Assembly (NCBI GenBank): GCA_050010655.1
Contig: JBEKKP010000020.1
Span: forward strand, 404-64,403
Direction of reading: 5' to 3'
DNA from: Candidatus Dormibacteria bacterium
GTDB lineage: Bacteria; Chloroflexota; Dormibacteria; Aeolococcales; Aeolococcaceae
Length of the DNA stretch: 64,000 bases
The notes under the pieces are model-generated. The model had not been told where the DNA came from. It saw nothing but the letters and a program-made list of their open reading frames with translations, and made no database searches. The position numbers and the translations under genes are program-made. Positions 48,926-58,618 of the stretch are shown here, one piece after another (position 1 is the first letter of the stretch; every line of letters starts with the position of its first letter).

Positions 48926-49003
48926 TCAAGGAGCGACCCCGGATGTGCGGACTCGTCCCACGGCGGGTGTGAGCCCGGTTCCGATGCCGTGTGTTGCTGT
49001 CAC
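48926..49003 (-). CDS. Putative leader peptide (25 aa, MTATHGIGTGLTPAVGRVRTSGVAP)
   Basis: AGGAG SD 9 nt before GTG; stop 30 nt before the terminator hairpin. Confidence 0.5.
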   Translation of the reverse strand: MTATHGIGTGLTPAVGRVRTSGVAP

Positions 49004-49097
49004 CAGTTATTGCTCCTGTTGAGCGGAAAAAGCGAACGGGCCGTCATGTTAGGTGCTGCCCGCCGTCGTGTCAAACCAGCACGCGGTGACGGTGCCG

Positions 49098-49304
49098 TCA
49101 GTGTGAGTTCGAAGGTCGATGAGCCGCATGTCGGGCTCTCAGGGCCACGCTCATGACACGCAGAAACGACAGCGATGCCATGTAGGTCATGACGAACCCC
49201 AGCGCTGCACAGGCCGCGCGGACGCCCTCCAGCGGACCGGGGAGCGCAAGTCCGAGAGCCAACAGCACGACGCCAACGGCGAGGACCCACCACCGACGCT
49301 TCAT
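49098..49304 (-). CDS. Small two-TM hypothetical protein
   Basis: MKRRWWVLAVGVVLLALG...; two hydrophobic helices. Confidence 0.5.
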   Translation of the reverse strand: MKRRWWVLAVGVVLLALGLALPGPLEGVRAACAALGFVMTYMASLSFLRVMSVALRARHAAHRPSNSH

Positions 49305-49372
49305 GATCCAGACCACGTTCCGATTCTCGCACCGATGCGGTGATCTTTCCAGCAGGAGGATCGCCGCGATCT

Positions 49373-49957
49373 TCAGGTATGGACAGAGCGTCGGCGTTCC
49401 AGGAACTCTCCGCGAGTGATCCGATAGAGAACGTGGCGCGACAACGGCGATGTCTTTGGAAGGCGCGGGTGGTCGAAATCGTCCTCGGGGTTGTGCTTCA
49501 TGCCGATCTTGGCCATGACCCGCCGAGACTTCGCGTTGCCGACGGACGTGAAGGAGACGATCTCGTCGAGGAAGAGGTGTTCGAAGCCGAATCTGAGTGC
49601 TGCAACGGCCGCCTCGGGGGCGTAGCCGTTGCCCCAGTGCTCGGCGGCCAGGCGCCATCCGATCTCGACCGAAGGAAATCCGAGCGTGCTTTCTGAGGGG
49701 CTGAGCCCCACGAATCCAATGAATGGATCCACGCCGGGGATCTCGACGGCCCAGAGCCCCCAGCCGGTCTCCTCGAACTGCTTTTCGATCCGATCCGCAA
49801 CCGCGTTCGACTCAGCCGAGGTCATCGGCGCCGGGAACCACTCCATGACACGTGGATCGGCGTTCAGCGCCGAAAAGGCCACGCGGTCGGCCGTACACCA
49901 GGGTCGGAGCAGGAGCCGCTCGGTGCGCAACGTCGTCTCGTCAGCCACCGGCCTCAC
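49373..49957 (-). CDS. GNAT (RimJ/RimL type) acetyltransferase
   Basis: TERLLLR, NADPRVM, VEIGWRL...WGNGYA, SRRVMAKIGM. Confidence 0.9.
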   Translation of the reverse strand: MRPVADETTLRTERLLLRPWCTADRVAFSALNADPRVMEWFPAPMTSAESNAVADRIEKQFEETGWGLWAVEIPGVDPFIGFVGLSPSESTLGFPSVEIGWRLAAEHWGNGYAPEAAVAALRFGFEHLFLDEIVSFTSVGNAKSRRVMAKIGMKHNPEDDFDHPRLPKTSPLSRHVLYRITRGEFLERRRSVHT

Positions 49958-49971
49958 GTTATCCTCGGTGC

Positions 49972-50337
49972 ATGTGTCGCGTCTGCAACAAGCGCCCGGA
50001 GATCCCCGACGAGCGATACGGGAGATGCGAGCAGTGTGCCAAGTCCGGACGCAACGCGTTCCGGTTCCGGCTCTTCCCGGCGCGCAGCGGAACGGGCTAT
50101 GTGGTCAAGGCCGGCGAGCTGTCGCCGCACGCGCTTCGCCAGAAGTGGCGCACACCGCTCGAGGCGTACAAGGGCCATCTGTCGATGAAGTCGAACCTCG
50201 GGTTGCACGAGCTCGAGATGGTCACGGCGAAAGAGCGCGTCGAGAGCCTGCGTGTCGCTCCCGACCTCGCTGGTCACGACGCGGAGGTGCTCGCCGCGCT
50301 CCATGACGCCGCGGAGCGAACCGACTCCGCCTGGTAG
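49972..50337 (+). CDS. Hypothetical protein with N-terminal CxxC...CxxC
   Basis: MCRVC...RCEQC; TATCCT -10-like hexamer 6 nt before ATG. Confidence 0.65.
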   Translation: MCRVCNKRPEIPDERYGRCEQCAKSGRNAFRFRLFPARSGTGYVVKAGELSPHALRQKWRTPLEAYKGHLSMKSNLGLHELEMVTAKERVESLRVAPDLAGHDAEVLAALHDAAERTDSAW

Positions 50338-50348
50338 GACCCGCCTCA

Positions 50349-51635
50349 TCAGTGGAAGAGCTTCCACGTCCAGGACGGCGCGCTGATGCCGGAGGTGGCG
50401 ACGACGCGCCACGTGATCGACGTCGTCGGGTTCAGCACACCGATCACGTGACCCACGATCGTGCTGGGCCCGAACGGCACCGCTGGTGATTGCTTCGTGA
50501 GGCTGAACCGCAGCACCGCTCCCGACTGGACCAGCACCACATCGCTTTGCGCGTTGGCAAGCAGCCCCGTCTGCGTGGCGTCGCCCCACGCGGTCGAGAC
50601 CGTTCCCGTGATCGCCGGCATCGCCTGGTTGAGGTCCACAGCGCTGTAGCTGTTGAGCACGACCGCCGACGCATTCTCGGCGGCGGCGAAGGCTGCCCCC
50701 AGTTCAGGGTGCGCGGGATCCGATGCACGCGCCCGCGGCTGGCCCAGGACCGCCCCCCACACGGTCACCGACACGCCGGGCGTGGAGCCGAAGGACTTGC
50801 GCGCGGCGAACAGCAGACACCCACCTGCGGCGCCGGTCCAGCCGGTCTTGATCCCGAGCCACGTGGGACTCTTGCTCAGCAGGATGTCGAGGTTGTGCAG
50901 AACGATGCCGTCGGGCAAACTCGCCTGCTGCACTGACACCAGTTCGGCGAGCGTGGGATTCGCGGTGACCGCTTTGGCAAGGATCACGAGATCACTTGCC
51001 GTGGACACGGTGTTCGTGCTGATACCGCTGGGATCGGCGAAATGGGTGCTGTGCATACCCATCGCAGCCGCTGTGGCGTTGAGGCTTGCGATGAACGCGG
51101 TTCGATTCCCCGACGCCCAGACAGCGAGACTCTCGGCGATGTTGTCAGCGGAAGGCAGGAGCAGGGCGAGCAGCAGGTCTCGTTCGGAGAGCGCCTCGCC
51201 CGCTTGCACCGGAAGATTCGATCCGCCTTCCGCGACAGCCTGGTGGTACAGCGTGACGTCCGCCCCGGTCATCACTCGCGACGGTCCGTTCGCGCCGGGG
51301 GACAGGGGGAGATCGTTGAGCACGACAAGCGCCGTCATCGTTTTCGCAACCGACCCGATCGGGCGCACCACGCCAGCCGCGTGGCTGGCGACCTCTCCCG
51401 GCATGCTCGCGCTCAGGGCGAAACTGCCTGCGGTGGGAACAGGAATCGGCGTCGCCGGCCGGCTTGCCGTGAGCACGGCCGAGGCAGGCACGTCGATCTG
51501 GACAGTGGCAACCGGCAGCCGTGCGGTCACCTTGATCACGGAGAAGGACGCCGCGGCAATCAGCATCGCGGCAACCGCCGAGATCCAGACCACCCACGGC
51601 CATCGCGCCCGCCGCGCCGGCGTCATCGGGCTCAT
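50349..51635 (-). CDS. D-alanyl-D-alanine carboxypeptidase (peptidase S11)
   Basis: SVAK (SxxK), LPSADN, FADPSG, GIKTG; N-terminal anchor. Confidence 0.88.
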   Translation of the reverse strand: MSPMTPARRARWPWVVWISAVAAMLIAAASFSVIKVTARLPVATVQIDVPASAVLTASRPATPIPVPTAGSFALSASMPGEVASHAAGVVRPIGSVAKTMTALVVLNDLPLSPGANGPSRVMTGADVTLYHQAVAEGGSNLPVQAGEALSERDLLLALLLPSADNIAESLAVWASGNRTAFIASLNATAAAMGMHSTHFADPSGISTNTVSTASDLVILAKAVTANPTLAELVSVQQASLPDGIVLHNLDILLSKSPTWLGIKTGWTGAAGGCLLFAARKSFGSTPGVSVTVWGAVLGQPRARASDPAHPELGAAFAAAENASAVVLNSYSAVDLNQAMPAITGTVSTAWGDATQTGLLANAQSDVVLVQSGAVLRFSLTKQSPAVPFGPSTIVGHVIGVLNPTTSITWRVVATSGISAPSWTWKLFH

Positions 51636-51723
51636 CCTCGCATGTCTCCCCGTAGCATGCGTGCGTGCTTACCCAGGACGACGCCGCATGCGCGGCGAGC
51701 GTCAGATCATCCGACCTGATGGA

Positions 51724-52038
51724 TCAGGCTTTCGCCCGGCGTGAAACCTTCGCACCCTTCACTGCGCTCGACAGCGAAGTGCTGGCGGAGAACCGAACCA
51801 CGCGGCGAGCTGGAACCTTGACCGCCTCACCGGTGCGCGGGTTGCGACCGAGACGCGCAGCGCGCTGCGCGGTTTTGAAGTTGCCGAAGCCGTGGATGCG
51901 AACTTCGTCGCCTTTTTCCAGGGACTGTGCGATTGTGTCGAAAAACCAGCGAACCTCATCGCGCGCTGCGGTGACGGTGATTTCTGCACGATCTGCGAGT
52001 TGCTTTGCGAGCACGTCGCGTGTGACGACTGTGGCCAT
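51724..52038 (-). CDS. hup: HU family DNA-binding protein
   Basis: IHGFGNF, RAARLGRNPRTGE, VPARRVVRF. Confidence 0.93.
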   Translation of the reverse strand: MATVVTRDVLAKQLADRAEITVTAARDEVRWFFDTIAQSLEKGDEVRIHGFGNFKTAQRAARLGRNPRTGEAVKVPARRVVRFSASTSLSSAVKGAKVSRRAKA

Positions 52039-52113
52039 GCGTTCTCTCCAAAGTGTTGACGGGGAAACGGCCGCGATTGTAAGGAAAACCGATGTGCTTT
52101 CTCAACATCGATC

Positions 52114-53130
52114 GTGTCGAGTGCCGTGCTAGCGTCGCATAACGCGCCGTCGGGACAGACCGGCGTTGCCGATGCCGACTGGGATATCGCGTTGCAGCGC
52201 ATGGGTGGACACTTCCTGCAGAGCACGCTGTGGCAGCGTGTCCAGAGAGCGCTCGGCCATGAAGTCATCTGGGCGCGCGATGAAGAGTGGATGTGGGCAG
52301 GCGCTATTCGTGCTGGGCGTTTTCCTCGCTACGTGTACGTGCCCCACGGACCCACCGCAATGTCGGGCGACGCGATGGTTGGCGCGTTTGCGGGGGCGGT
52401 GGATGCGGCGCGTGCCCGCTCGCTCGATTTCGTGCGCGCAGAGCCTGCTGGAGCGGCTGCGCTGCCTGCGCTGGCAGCGACGAATCCGATGCCGAGCCGA
52501 TCGATACAACCGCGCTGGACATGGGTTCTCGACCTCACACCTGACGAGGCCGCTCTGCGGCGGGGATTGAGCGCCGGGCATCGGGGCGCGATCAACGCAG
52601 CGCCACGCCGCGGCTTGACATTTCGCGTCAGCGCCGATCCTGACGACATCGAAATCTTTCTCCGCCTCCAGGAAAAGGGCGCGGCAGCGGGGCGATTTCA
52701 TGGCCAGGAGCAGTCGTATCACCGCGCGGTGGCGCGGACACTCTTGCCGGAGCACGCAGCTACGCTGTACTTCGCAGAAGCGGAAGGTGAGGCGGTTGCC
52801 GCCGCGCTCTGCTTCGATTTCTCCGGGACGCGCTACTACGCACACGCCGTTTCCGATCCGGACTCCGGACGCAGGCTCCAGGCCGCGGCGCCGCTGGTGT
52901 GGCAGATGATCCTCGACGCACGCGAGAGCGGTGCTCATCGCTTCGATTTCTGGGGAATTGCTCCACCTCGCGAAGCCGCCGCGGAAGCTTCGCCACACGC
53001 ATGGGATGGGTTCACGCAGTTCAAGCGATCGTTCGGCGGCGAGGCCGTCGAGCGTGCCGGGACATGGGATTTCGGGGTGCGCTCATTGCGGCACCGCCTC
53101 TACCGAACTGCGTTGCGGTTGCGACGGTGA
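52114..53130 (+). CDS. FemABX family peptidoglycan bridge aminoacyltransferase
   Basis: HFLQSTLW, YVPHGP, LDLTPDE, FDFWGI, FTQFKRSFGG. Confidence 0.85.
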   Translation: MSSAVLASHNAPSGQTGVADADWDIALQRMGGHFLQSTLWQRVQRALGHEVIWARDEEWMWAGAIRAGRFPRYVYVPHGPTAMSGDAMVGAFAGAVDAARARSLDFVRAEPAGAAALPALAATNPMPSRSIQPRWTWVLDLTPDEAALRRGLSAGHRGAINAAPRRGLTFRVSADPDDIEIFLRLQEKGAAAGRFHGQEQSYHRAVARTLLPEHAATLYFAEAEGEAVAAALCFDFSGTRYYAHAVSDPDSGRRLQAAAPLVWQMILDARESGAHRFDFWGIAPPREAAAEASPHAWDGFTQFKRSFGGEAVERAGTWDFGVRSLRHRLYRTALRLRR

Positions 53131-54167
53131 GGGCAGCGACGTCGACGGAACTCGGCCGGTGGGACGATCTCGTTGCCGGGAACCCGGATGGCGGGCAAAT
53201 TCTGCAGACACGCGCATGGGGCGAGTTCAAGCGCGCACATCGATGGTCACCGCGCTACCTGGTCTCCGAGACTGATCCCGCGATTGCCGTGCTCGAACTC
53301 CGGCACACAGTTCCTGGGCTCGGGGTGCTGGGCTACGTGCCGAAAGGCCCTGGCGTCAGCGCAATTGCACAGTTGCCCATGGTGCTCGACGGACTCCGCG
53401 CCACGGCAGGTTCTGCGTTTGCGATCAAGATCGAGCCGGAGATCGAGCAGACCGATGCGGCGACATCGGTGCTGCGCGACATTGGCCTCGAGAAGTCCCG
53501 CCACGATGTGCAGATCAGCAGGGCGACGATCATCGTGGACCTGCGGCCGGACGAGGACGCGTTACTGGCGTCGTTCAAGCCGAAATGCCGCTACAACATC
53601 CGCCTCGCGCAGCGGCGTGGCGTCGTCGTCGAACCGGTCCCGCTCGACGGCGCGAGCATCGACACCATGTTTTCCCTGATGGCGGTAACCCGCGATCGGG
53701 CTGGCTTTACGTTGCGCAGCAGGGAGTACTTCGCCGGCTACTGGCGGCTCCATGCGGCGGCGGGACAGGGACAGCTCTTCTTTGCGTCGCTGGACGGCGA
53801 GGTGCTCGCCGGAGTGTTCGCCACGTACATCGGCAGAAAGGCCTGGTACAAGGACGGCGGATCCACGAAGGAACACGCGGCGGTGATGGCGCCGCACCTG
53901 CTCCAGTGGGAGGTCATGCGCTGGCTCAAGGCCCGCGGCATCGAAGCCTATGACCTCGTTGCCGTACCGCCCGCACGTGAGCTCAACCCGTCGCATCCGC
54001 TGTACGGGCTGTATCGATTCAAGTCGGGATTCAGCGAGCACATCACCGAGTACGTCGGAACGTGGGATCTCCCGATTCGACGGACGCGGTATGCGGCGTG
54101 GAACGCGATCGCGGAACGCGGCGCCCACCAGTGGGCGTATCGCGTCCGCCACGACCTGCTGTACTAG
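53127..54167 (+). CDS. FemABX family peptidoglycan bridge aminoacyltransferase (FemX-like)
   Basis: ILQTRAWGEFK, YVPKGP, KCRYNIRLAQRRG, LLQWEVM, GLYRFKSGF. Confidence 0.9.
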   Translation: MRAATSTELGRWDDLVAGNPDGGQILQTRAWGEFKRAHRWSPRYLVSETDPAIAVLELRHTVPGLGVLGYVPKGPGVSAIAQLPMVLDGLRATAGSAFAIKIEPEIEQTDAATSVLRDIGLEKSRHDVQISRATIIVDLRPDEDALLASFKPKCRYNIRLAQRRGVVVEPVPLDGASIDTMFSLMAVTRDRAGFTLRSREYFAGYWRLHAAAGQGQLFFASLDGEVLAGVFATYIGRKAWYKDGGSTKEHAAVMAPHLLQWEVMRWLKARGIEAYDLVAVPPARELNPSHPLYGLYRFKSGFSEHITEYVGTWDLPIRRTRYAAWNAIAERGAHQWAYRVRHDLLY

Positions 54168-55489
54168 CGCCAGATCCTCTTCATGATCACTTTGGACAGC
54201 TTCTCGGGGTCATGGTGCGTGGAAATCTGCGACGAGGCCACGTCGGCGAGGATGTAGTTCACCGGCTGCAACGTCGCCTGGTCGCGGTCGAACCCGACCC
54301 GGGTCACGCCGGCCTCGACTGCGGAAGGCGGCAGCGGCAGCCCCGTGTTGCTGTTGACGATCACGTAGTCGAAGAGGCTCGCGCCCACGTGGTCCTCGAT
54401 GGTCTTGAGGTGCTCGCTCACCGAGAAGCCCATCGTCTCCCCGGGCTGGCCCGCGATGTTGCAGACGTACACCTTCACCGCCGGACTCGCGCGCAGCGCT
54501 TCGACCATTCCCTCGATGAGGAGGTTGGGCAGGATCGACGTGTACAACGATCCCGGCCCGACGATGATCAATTCGGCGGCAAGAATTGCCGTCTCGGCCT
54601 CGGGATTGATCTCGGCATCCGCGGGCTCGAGGAAGACGCGGTCGATGTGCCCGGCGCCGTATGGGACTTTCGACTCGCCCACCCGCACCTCGCTGCCGGC
54701 AGTGGCGCAGAGCACGACGTCGCGGAGCGTCGACGGGACGATCTGGCCACGAACGGCAAGGACCCGGCCCGACTCACGGATGGCGTGCTCGAAATCGCCG
54801 GTGATCTCCGCCATCGCGGTGATGAAGAGATTCCCGAAGGAGTGCCCCGAAAGTGCACCCTCGCCGCCGAACCGGTACTGGAAGAGTTCGGTCATGAGTG
54901 GCTCGGTCTCGGCCAGCGCCGTCAGGCACTGCCGGATGTCGCCTGGAGGGAGGACGCGGTATTCCTCGCGCAGGCGTCCGCTCGAACCACCGTCGTCGGC
55001 GACGGTGACGATCGCCACGATGTTGCCGGTGTACTTCTTCACGCCTCTGAGCAGCGCGGAGAGCCCTGTGCCGCCACCGATCGCGACCAGCCGGGGACCC
55101 TTGGCAAGCGAGCGGAACTTGTAGAGCTGCTCGGCAAGACCGCGATCCGTGCTGCCGCGCCCTGGGAGGAACGGCCCCAGGATCGACTGGCTCAGCTTGT
55201 AGAAGGCGAGCACGATGAGCCCGACTCCGACGAGCGCGAAGAACAAAGCGCGGATCAACCGCGGGAGGAACTGCAGCGTCGCGTCCTGCACCCACGGCGG
55301 GAACTCGATGGATGCGCTGTAGAGATCGCGCAGGAGGTAGCCCGCAGCCAGGCTGATCATCACGACCGCCACGAACAGGAGCAGCAACCAGCGCTTGACG
55401 TGAAGCCCCGGCGTGAACCAGCGCATCAGGTTCGCGCTCGGGCGGATTCGTACCTTCATACCGCGTCTCGATTCTGGCACTTCGGTCAT
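54164..55489 (-). CDS. yvcK: YvcK/CuvA family UDP-GlcNAc-binding protein with N-terminal TM extension
   Basis: IGGGTGLS, DDGGSSGRLR, PPGDIR, GHSFGNL, GPGSLYTSILPNL. Confidence 0.92.
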   Translation of the reverse strand: MTEVPESRRGMKVRIRPSANLMRWFTPGLHVKRWLLLLFVAVVMISLAAGYLLRDLYSASIEFPPWVQDATLQFLPRLIRALFFALVGVGLIVLAFYKLSQSILGPFLPGRGSTDRGLAEQLYKFRSLAKGPRLVAIGGGTGLSALLRGVKKYTGNIVAIVTVADDGGSSGRLREEYRVLPPGDIRQCLTALAETEPLMTELFQYRFGGEGALSGHSFGNLFITAMAEITGDFEHAIRESGRVLAVRGQIVPSTLRDVVLCATAGSEVRVGESKVPYGAGHIDRVFLEPADAEINPEAETAILAAELIIVGPGSLYTSILPNLLIEGMVEALRASPAVKVYVCNIAGQPGETMGFSVSEHLKTIEDHVGASLFDYVIVNSNTGLPLPPSAVEAGVTRVGFDRDQATLQPVNYILADVASSQISTHHDPEKLSKVIMKRIWR

Positions 55490-55519
55490 AACGTGCCAGT
55501 GAAAGCCCCGGTTCCCGGA

Positions 55520-56560
55520 TCAGGCGTCAGACGGTCTGAGCTCTCCCTTCGATGCCAGCTCGACTGGATCGCGACGCCGGCGCAGTTTGGCGAGGTTGTG
55601 CTCGGCGTCGATATACCGGGCCGTGCCCGAGTACGAGCGCATGACCAGGCTTTGCGTGTGGCAGCGATCCTCGCCGAGGAAGCGCACGCCTTCAAGCAAC
55701 TCCCCGGCGGTGATCCCGGTGGCGGCGAAGAAGACGTTGTCGCCGGCGACCAGGTCGTCCAGCTCGAGGACGTCGCCGGCGTGCTTGCCTTCGCGCTCCT
55801 CGACGCTCCGCTCGTTCTCGCCGACCCAGACGCGCGCCTGCATGCCGCCACCGACGCACTTGATGGCGCAGGCGGCCAGCACGGCCTCGGGAGCGCCGCC
55901 GATCCCCATGAGGACGTCGATACCGGTGCGGTGCTCCATCGCCGCCATGAGACCGGCAGCGACGTCGCCGTCCATGATCAGCTTCACTCGGGCACCGGCG
56001 GTTCGGATCTCGTCGAGGAGTATCTCGTGCCGCTCGCGGTCGAGCACGACAACGGTGAGGTCCTCGACGCGCCGGTCCTCCGCCTTGGCGATGCGCTTCA
56101 GGTTCTGTGCCACCGACGCCGTGATATCGATGACCTTGGCGGCGGCCGGTCCGACGATCAGCTTCTCGATGTAGTGGAGGTGCGTGTGGAACATCGAGCC
56201 GCGCTCGGCGAGCGCGACCGTCGCGATGCCTCCGGGGATACCGCGGGCCACCAGGCGAGTCCCGTCGATCGGATCGACGGCCACGTCGACCGCCGGGGGA
56301 TTGCCGTTGCCGACCTGCTCGCCGATGTACAGCATCGGCGCCTCGTCCTTCTCGCCTTCACCGATGACGACGACACCATCCATGTCGACGAATCCGAGGC
56401 TGCGCCGCATCGAGTCGACGGCAGCCTGGTCCGCCTGCTCCTTCTGGTTCCGCCCCATGTGCCGGGCGGCCGCCATCGCGGCGCCTTCGGTGACCCGGAC
56501 TAGTTCGAGGGCAAGGTTGCGATCGATCGGAGTCCCGAGATCGCGCGGCCGCGTTGCCAT
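55520..56560 (-). CDS. glpX: Class II fructose-1,6-bisphosphatase
   Basis: RNLALELVRVTE, IGEGEKDEAPML, DPIDGT, DGDV. Confidence 0.96.
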   Translation of the reverse strand: MATRPRDLGTPIDRNLALELVRVTEGAAMAAARHMGRNQKEQADQAAVDSMRRSLGFVDMDGVVVIGEGEKDEAPMLYIGEQVGNGNPPAVDVAVDPIDGTRLVARGIPGGIATVALAERGSMFHTHLHYIEKLIVGPAAAKVIDITASVAQNLKRIAKAEDRRVEDLTVVVLDRERHEILLDEIRTAGARVKLIMDGDVAAGLMAAMEHRTGIDVLMGIGGAPEAVLAACAIKCVGGGMQARVWVGENERSVEEREGKHAGDVLELDDLVAGDNVFFAATGITAGELLEGVRFLGEDRCHTQSLVMRSYSGTARYIDAEHNLAKLRRRRDPVELASKGELRPSDA

Positions 56561-56570
56561 TCGCCCGCGA

Positions 56571-57428
56571 TCATACGGCGAGCGTCGCGGTCAGCCCACC
56601 GGTGCCGAAGTCGACGATCGCCTCCGCGGCGCAGCGGATCCCCTCCCCGAGCGCCGCGGCGAACGTGGCGTCGTCGCTGCGCTCGGCCTTCGCGACGAAC
56701 CCGAGGAAGCCCCCTGCAAGAGCATCGCCGGCGCCGGTCGGGTCTACGACCCTGGCGACCGGGGCAGCCGGCAGTTCGACGACGTGGGCGGCGGTCACGC
56801 AGGCCGCACCGCGCGGTCCGTGCTTCACCACAACGGCTCTCAGCCGGCCCGTGCCGCACAGGCCGGAGGCGGAGACCTGCCAGTCGTCGTCCCCGGTGAG
56901 CGCCGCCAGCTCGGATGCCGTGAGGAAGAGGATGTCGACACGCTCGATCAGCCATCGCACGTCGTCACGGCGGGTCTCGATGAACTCGGTCATCGAATCG
57001 GCGCCGATCAGCGACGCCGCGGACTGCTCGAGCACGGCTCGCTGCAGTGTCGGATCCATGCTGGCGACAAAGAACACTTCGGATCGGCGGGAGCGCTCGG
57101 TCAGCACGGGCACCCACTCCGGGTCGCACCCCGGCTCGGACGACTCGTCGGACGTCACCCAGCGCTCGAAGTCGTGTACGGCGTGCCAGCGAAACGTCGG
57201 CGAGCCGCTGATGACCATGCCGTCGAGATCGATCCCTGGGTGGGCCAGGATCCGGCGAAACGCAGCCTCGGTATCGGAGCCGACGATGCCGTTGACATGA
57301 ACCGGCGCGTAGCGAGACGCAGCGAGCGGGAAGTACACGGCAGACCCACCGAGGGCGTCACGCCGGCCTGCCGGAGTGGTCAGGTCGTCGTTGTGGAAGG
57401 TCCCGGCGACCGCGACCTCCCAGGTCAC
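56571..57428 (-). CDS. PfkB family carbohydrate kinase
   Basis: LGGSAVY, VKHGPRG, DPTGAGDALAGG. Confidence 0.9.
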   Translation of the reverse strand: MTWEVAVAGTFHNDDLTTPAGRRDALGGSAVYFPLAASRYAPVHVNGIVGSDTEAAFRRILAHPGIDLDGMVISGSPTFRWHAVHDFERWVTSDESSEPGCDPEWVPVLTERSRRSEVFFVASMDPTLQRAVLEQSAASLIGADSMTEFIETRRDDVRWLIERVDILFLTASELAALTGDDDWQVSASGLCGTGRLRAVVVKHGPRGAACVTAAHVVELPAAPVARVVDPTGAGDALAGGFLGFVAKAERSDDATFAAALGEGIRCAAEAIVDFGTGGLTATLAV

Positions 57429-57440
57429 GTCGTGGGTTCG

Positions 57441-57845
57441 TCAGCCCGCGGCGACGGTTCGGTTCCGATCCCCGAAGAGCGGGATGATCGGAGCGAGCCT
57501 CGGGCGGCGCGATTCCAACGCGCGCATCAGGAGCACTTCCTGCGCTTCGAAAAGGACGTCGGCGACGTGGTCCGGGTCGCGGTCGATGCCGAGTCGGTCG
57601 CGCAGACCGGGATCCACCGCGCCGACTGCGCGGACCACCGCACTCCACAGTGGCGCCGGGATCAGGCGGAAGGACCGGAGCCGGCATTCCTCGATGAGGT
57701 CGATGAGCTCGTCAGCCTCGCGAACCCGGAGACGGGTGCGCGAGATCCGCTCGCGACGAAAGGCAGCCTCTCGCTCAACGCGAGCGATTTCCAGACACGT
57801 CCGCTCCAGAGGACCGGGTTGGGAGCGAGTGGCTGCAGCGTGCAC
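57441..57845 (-). CDS. Hypothetical helical protein
   Basis: Fills the gap upstream of pfkB on the same strand; no recognised motif. Confidence 0.65.
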   Translation of the reverse strand: MHAAATRSQPGPLERTCLEIARVEREAAFRRERISRTRLRVREADELIDLIEECRLRSFRLIPAPLWSAVVRAVGAVDPGLRDRLGIDRDPDHVADVLFEAQEVLLMRALESRRPRLAPIIPLFGDRNRTVAAG

Positions 57846-57896
57846 CGACGGATTGTCCCACGCGCGGCTGGGAGTGCGGCCGTTGGTAACTCGCTG

Positions 57897-58586
57897 TTAC
57901 ATGGGGTAGCAGATCGAGCGCCAGCGGCCCCCACCGGGCACGAGATGCACCACCCGGCGGATCCGCGCGATCGGCTCGGGATCGCCGACTTCATACTCCA
58001 CATCGAGCTCCGCGACGTCGCGATACGTCCTGCCTCGCGACGTCTCGGTCCACTCGGGAAGATAACGGACCTCCTTGACGCTCACGCCGCGCAGGCGGCG
58101 CATCGCGGACGCTCCCTGCGCCTCGGCGAACGCTTCCGGCGAGCCCCAGCTGAGCTGGCAGTCCTCGCTGAGCAGCGAGAAGGCGCGCCGATACTGGTTC
58201 GCCCGCATCAGTTCCACGAAGAGCGCCTCGCTGAATGCCGGGTTCCCCGGCGGCCGCGATCCGGCTGGTGCACGCCCACGCTCGTGCGCATCGACGAGTG
58301 CAGCGGCCCTTCGCGAGGTGACATTCGCGGTCTCGCTTCCGGCCCAGAACGCTCGGGTCCCGGCGTCGACCTTTGTGTCGGCAGGGGTGGCGACAGCAGG
58401 TGCCGCAGCAGGGGTTGCCGCTATCGCGGCGGCCGGCCGGCGTTCCGGACGGTGGAGCCAGCGAGTGAAACGGTTTCCGTCGAAACGACCGCGACGGGAA
58501 CGTTCAGTGCCGAGCAGGACGTGAGGTGGCAACGGCATCGCCGGCGCCAGTGTACGCGGCCGCACTGGGGCGACGAAGGCGGGCAC
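57897..58586 (-). CDS. Hypothetical protein (C-terminus possibly NTF2-like)
   Basis: Disordered N-terminus, then YRRAFSLLS...V.Y...VHLV...WR pattern. Confidence 0.6.
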   Translation of the reverse strand: MPAFVAPVRPRTLAPAMPLPPHVLLGTERSRRGRFDGNRFTRWLHRPERRPAAAIAATPAAAPAVATPADTKVDAGTRAFWAGSETANVTSRRAAALVDAHERGRAPAGSRPPGNPAFSEALFVELMRANQYRRAFSLLSEDCQLSWGSPEAFAEAQGASAMRRLRGVSVKEVRYLPEWTETSRGRTYRDVAELDVEYEVGDPEPIARIRRVVHLVPGGGRWRSICYPM

Positions 58587-58618
58587 ACGGACACGTCATT
58601 TCCCTACGATGCGCGGCG

